This document shows positions 58,886-64,000 of a DNA stretch of 64,000 nt, piece after piece. Positions within the stretch are counted from its first letter, which is position 1. Each line of letters opens with the position of its first letter. The stretch spans positions 544,001 to 608,000 of the forward strand of contig CAVSPA010000005.1 in the NCBI GenBank assembly GCA_963729715.1, given 5' to 3'. This stretch comes from an uncultured delta proteobacterium. GTDB taxonomy: Bacteria; Desulfobacterota; Syntrophia; Syntrophales; UBA2185. Below the pieces are notes generated by a model. It was not told the origin of the DNA, did no database searches, and was given only the letters and a program-made list of their open reading frames with translations. Both the position numbers and the translations under genes were made by a program.

Positions 58886-60403
58886 TCAGTGTATGGCACC
58901 GGTTTCGCTATTGAGATTCGGGATGTGTTTCTTGCCATGGTCCGAGGCAATCTTATTATCCGCCTCCATGACCCAGCCGCCGCCCAAGGCTTTGTAGAGA
59001 GCTATGAGATCTGTGGCGATACTACGCTCGCTCTGTACCAACGCGTCTTCGGAGGCGTAAAGAGAACGCTGGGCATTGAGCACGTTGAGAAAATCGATCT
59101 GGCCCTCAGTGTAAAGCTGCAATGACAAATCCACAGCCTTGCGGTTGGCGACAACGGCATCATTAAGTGCCTTGCGGTGCTCTTGTTCCTTGGCAAAAGC
59201 AATCAACGCATTCTCGACATCCTGAAACGCTGCCAGGACCGTTTTCTGGTACGTGATGAACGCCTGGTCACGTAGCGCCTCCTGCAAATGTACGTTCGAC
59301 ACAATCGCACCGCCCTGGAAAATCGGCCATGTCACCGCCGGGCCGAAGGAGTATGAACGACTGGCGTCGGTCCACCACGTGCGCAACAAATTGCTGTTCC
59401 AGTTCATCGTACCGGTTAATGAAAACGACGGAAAGAAGTCGGCAATAGCGACACCGATTTGTGCGGTGGAGGCGTGCAACTGAGCCTCAGATGCGCGTAT
59501 GTCTGGCCGGCGGCGCAGCATGTCTGAGGGCAAACCGGCGGGCACTTGCGCCGGCACTCCGGGCAGGTTACACATTGGCGACAACTGCTTCAACAATTCC
59601 GCCGGCAGCCGGGCCAACAGCACACTCAACGCATAGATGGATTGCTGTGCAGCGGTTTCAAAGACCGGGATTTGAGACTCGGTTGTGGCAACGTTAGAGT
59701 CGGCGTTGGCGACGTCAAGCGCACTGGCGAAGCCGACATTCAATAGCCTATGAGTAATCTCGGCGGTGTGCTTCTGGGCTTTCAGATTGTTTTGCGCGAT
59801 CACAATCTCCCGCTGGTAACCGCGGAGCTGGATGTAATTGAGCGCCACTTCAGCGATGACGCTGACCTGCACGTCGCGGATACTTTCAATTGCGGCTTGG
59901 ATATTGGCATCGGCCGATTCCACGTTGCGGCGCTGCCCACCGAAGAGGTCGAGTTCCCACACGGCGTCTAAACCGGCCTGATAAAGATCCTGTTGGTTTA
60001 CGTTATCCGGCGTGATGCCCGCCAAGTGTACTCTCTGGTAACCGCCGGAGGCTGTAACCCCAGGCCATAATCCAGCGACGGCCACGCCCCGTGCGGCGCG
60101 GGCCTGGCGCAAGCGGGCCTCGGCTATTTGGAGATCGAGGTTCATCCTTATCGCTTCCTCGACGAGCGAGCTCAATATCGAATCGTTGAACTGCCGCCAC
60201 CACTGCGTAAGGTCAGCCGCCTGCGCAGTAGCTACTGACTGTTGCGCACTCGGCGTCATCGCCACGCCAACCCACTCGCCGGGAACTGCCAACTGCGGCG
60301 TACGATAATCCGGACCGACCATGCACCCGCTTACCATCAACATGGTTAAACTGACCGCTACAGCCAAGACCGAAACGCAGTGCCATTGATCGTCCATATG
60401 CAT
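58886..60403 (-). CDS. NodT/TolC-type outer-membrane efflux lipoprotein
   Basis: Lipobox VSGC-MVGPDY, WELDLFG, RRPDI, LYKALGGGW. Confidence 0.92.
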   Translation of the reverse strand: MHMDDQWHCVSVLAVAVSLTMLMVSGCMVGPDYRTPQLAVPGEWVGVAMTPSAQQSVATAQAADLTQWWRQFNDSILSSLVEEAIRMNLDLQIAEARLRQARAARGVAVAGLWPGVTASGGYQRVHLAGITPDNVNQQDLYQAGLDAVWELDLFGGQRRNVESADANIQAAIESIRDVQVSVIAEVALNYIQLRGYQREIVIAQNNLKAQKHTAEITHRLLNVGFASALDVANADSNVATTESQIPVFETAAQQSIYALSVLLARLPAELLKQLSPMCNLPGVPAQVPAGLPSDMLRRRPDIRASEAQLHASTAQIGVAIADFFPSFSLTGTMNWNSNLLRTWWTDASRSYSFGPAVTWPIFQGGAIVSNVHLQEALRDQAFITYQKTVLAAFQDVENALIAFAKEQEHRKALNDAVVANRKAVDLSLQLYTEGQIDFLNVLNAQRSLYASEDALVQSERSIATDLIALYKALGGGWVMEADNKIASDHGKKHIPNLNSETGAIH

Positions 60404-60413
60404 CAATTCCACT

Positions 60414-61783
<1,370 letters not shown>

Positions 61784-61787
<4 letters not shown>

Positions 61788-62494
61788 GCGGCATCTCCGG
61801 CTTTGGGTCGACCCGTTCCGTTTTCGATCAGGCCATCCTTGATGTGAATGACCCGCTGGGCGTGTTTTGCCACGCCGGGATCGTGGGTGACGAGGATGAT
61901 CGTGATGCCGTCGGCGCTGTTTATCTGCTGGAACATCTGGAGGAGTTCCTCGCTGGTGCGTGAATCGAGGTTTCCGGTCGGCTCATCCGCGAGGAGCACC
62001 CGCGGTTGATTGACCAGCGATCGGGCGACAGCCACGCGCTGCTGTTCGCCGCCGGAGAGTTGAGAGGGCTGGTGATCAATGCGATCCGCCAAACCAACTT
62101 TCCGGAGCAATTCGGCGGCGCGCTGTTTCATTTGCTGCTCGCTGAGGTCCTCTCTAGTGTAGGTCAGCGGCATCAGGACGTTCTCCAATGCCGTGGTACG
62201 CGGCAGCAGGTTGAAGCTTTGGAAAACAAACCCGATTATCCGATTTCGCAGCCGGGCCCTTTCCCCGGCGGCGAGCCGGGAAACCTCCCGGCCATCCAGC
62301 CAGTACTCTCCTGAAGTCGGGTGATCCAAACAACCGAGGATGTTCATCAGCGTACTCTTGCCTGAGCCACTGACACCCATCAACGCCACTAGCTCGCCGC
62401 GGGCGACGTTCAGTGACACGCCCTTGAGCACCGGCAGGTCAACCTCACCGAGATAGTAGGTCTTATGTATGTCCCGCAGTTCGATCAATCCCAT
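61784..62494 (-). CDS. MacB/LolD-type ABC ATP-binding protein
   Basis: GVSGSGKST, LSGGEQQR, ADEPTGNLD, VTHD. Confidence 0.95.
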
Positions 62495-62518
62495 AAATCT
62501 GCTACTCTCCCGCTAACT

Positions 62519-63895
62519 TCACCGTTCACCGCCGGGACCGCCCGAGCCCGTCTGGCCTTGGCGCTGGCCCCGCCCCACTTGGGGCGTGAACGGACTGCGT
62601 TCAGCACTCGGACCATCTGCTGTTTCCTTTGTTGCTTCGCCGATGACCACGCGCAGGCCCTCAGTCAGATCGTCGCCTTCAACCTCTGTCAATGTGCCGT
62701 CCGTCAACCCTATTTTCACACGGGCAGGCCGGACGAACTTTCCTTGCTCGACCCATATGGTTCCGCGTGCCTGTGGCGTCGCAACGGTGTCAGAACCGCC
62801 GCTGCTGTCCTGGCCATGTGAGCCGGCGTGTGCATGTGGCGCTTGGCGGGATTCCGGTGCGATCTGTTTGGGCCGCGGCGACCAACGCAGTGCTGCATTC
62901 GGGACCAGCAGCACGCCTTGCCGACGGCCGATAACGAACTGCGCGTTGGCTGTCAGATAAGGAAGCAGCTTGCCGTCGTCGTTGTTCGTGTTGACTTCGA
63001 CGGTGTAAGTGACGACATTCTGCGTCATCGTCGCATTGAGACGAATTTTACCGACTTGCCCTTGAAATACCTGGTTGGGAAGTGCGTCCACGGTGAACGT
63101 CACGGGCTGGTCTTTGGAAATATTGCCTATGTCGGCTTCGTTAACCGACACCCAAACCTGGATGCGCTTGAGGTCTTTCGCAATAAGAAAGAGGCTCGGA
63201 GCACTCAGGCTGGAAACAACCGTCTGCCCGATGTTAACCCGCCGGTCAACAATCACACCCTTGACCGGCGACTTGATGGTACAGTAACTGAGATTGATAC
63301 GCGCGCTCGTGAGACTGGCCTTGGCTTGTGCCACCGCTGCCTTCGTTTGCTCGACGGCGGCCTCTGCCGCCGCCAAGTTGGCCTTGGCTACTTCGTAGTT
63401 GGCTTTGTATTGGTCGTAGACGCTCTGTGCCAGCGCATCGGACGGGCCCAGCTTCTGCGCCCGATCCCAGTCCTGCCGTGCCTGCAGCAATTTCGCTTTC
63501 ATCTGGAGCACGTTGGCGTCGGCGCTGATCTTGTTAGCCTCAGCCTGTTGATATTGGGCCTTGGCAGTATCCACGGCGGCGGCGTAAAGCGAATCTTCAA
63601 TTTTGGCCAGTACCGTGCCCGCATCCACGGCCGAGCCGTAGTCAATGAACTTCCCGTGTTTGTCCTTGCCGAAGGTGCTAATCAACCCCGCAACCTGAGC
63701 ACCAACGTCCACTACTTCCTCCGGTTCGACTGTGCCCGTTGCGCTGATCGTTGCCACCAGATCGCCCCGTTTCACCGCTGCCGTGCGGAACGTAGGCGCT
63801 TTGTTCCCTTTGTACCAGAATGACCACACAGCAAAGCCACTGATCACGGCAAGACCGATAACTACCATGATCGTGATTACAACTTTTCGTCGCAT
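62519..63895 (-). CDS. MacA-like periplasmic adaptor (membrane fusion protein)
   Basis: N-terminal TM, ATGTVEP...VGAQV.G, coiled coil, I.SPV.G, EADIG, VVTYTV. Confidence 0.92.
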   Translation of the reverse strand: MRRKVVITIMVVIGLAVISGFAVWSFWYKGNKAPTFRTAAVKRGDLVATISATGTVEPEEVVDVGAQVAGLISTFGKDKHGKFIDYGSAVDAGTVLAKIEDSLYAAAVDTAKAQYQQAEANKISADANVLQMKAKLLQARQDWDRAQKLGPSDALAQSVYDQYKANYEVAKANLAAAEAAVEQTKAAVAQAKASLTSARINLSYCTIKSPVKGVIVDRRVNIGQTVVSSLSAPSLFLIAKDLKRIQVWVSVNEADIGNISKDQPVTFTVDALPNQVFQGQVGKIRLNATMTQNVVTYTVEVNTNNDDGKLLPYLTANAQFVIGRRQGVLLVPNAALRWSPRPKQIAPESRQAPHAHAGSHGQDSSGGSDTVATPQARGTIWVEQGKFVRPARVKIGLTDGTLTEVEGDDLTEGLRVVIGEATKETADGPSAERSPFTPQVGRGQRQGQTGSGGPGGER

Positions 63896-64000
63896 AATTA
63901 TCTCTACAGATTATCAAACAGAAAGGATATCACGCTATATCACAAATTTTGGGGCCGGGGGACCATTTCTTTGGTCTTTCTCAATGACCTTGCCACTTCG

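Overview
Bacterial DNA, probably from an anaerobic deltaproteobacterium (Syntrophales/Desulfobacterota-like; inferred from gene content only). 1-22.5 kb is core metabolism: a partial radical SAM gene, mnmG, an intact IS4 with a 9-bp target duplication, a NifA-like sigma54 activator, a split three-gene glutamate synthase, glnA, carA-guaA-carB, purF and a PPi-type pfk. 22.5-54.5 kb is accessory DNA. It includes a minus-strand operon DUF134-NifX-Mrp-FmdB-IscU-CoADR/rhodanese-MTase-YeeE(in-frame UGA, probable selenocysteine)-YeeE-TsaA-MoaE-thioesterase behind a consensus sigma70 promoter that overlaps a palindromic operator. It also holds an IscU-IscS pair whose IscS lacks the PLP lysine, an orphan restriction-nuclease-like gene, a sigma54-driven small Lys/Glu-rich secreted protein and a short IS200-like insertion (another short MITE lies between glnA and carA). 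54.5-58.7 kb is a decayed block (RelBE remnant, B12 acyl-CoA mutase with atypical specificity residues) interrupted by an IS110 element. The non-coding end of that IS110 folds into a bridge-RNA-like structure whose guide segments match the reconstructed target and donor sites. 58.9-63.9 kb is a MacAB-TolC-type efflux operon. No rRNA, tRNA or CRISPR array was seen. All family assignments come from motif recognition, not database searches.
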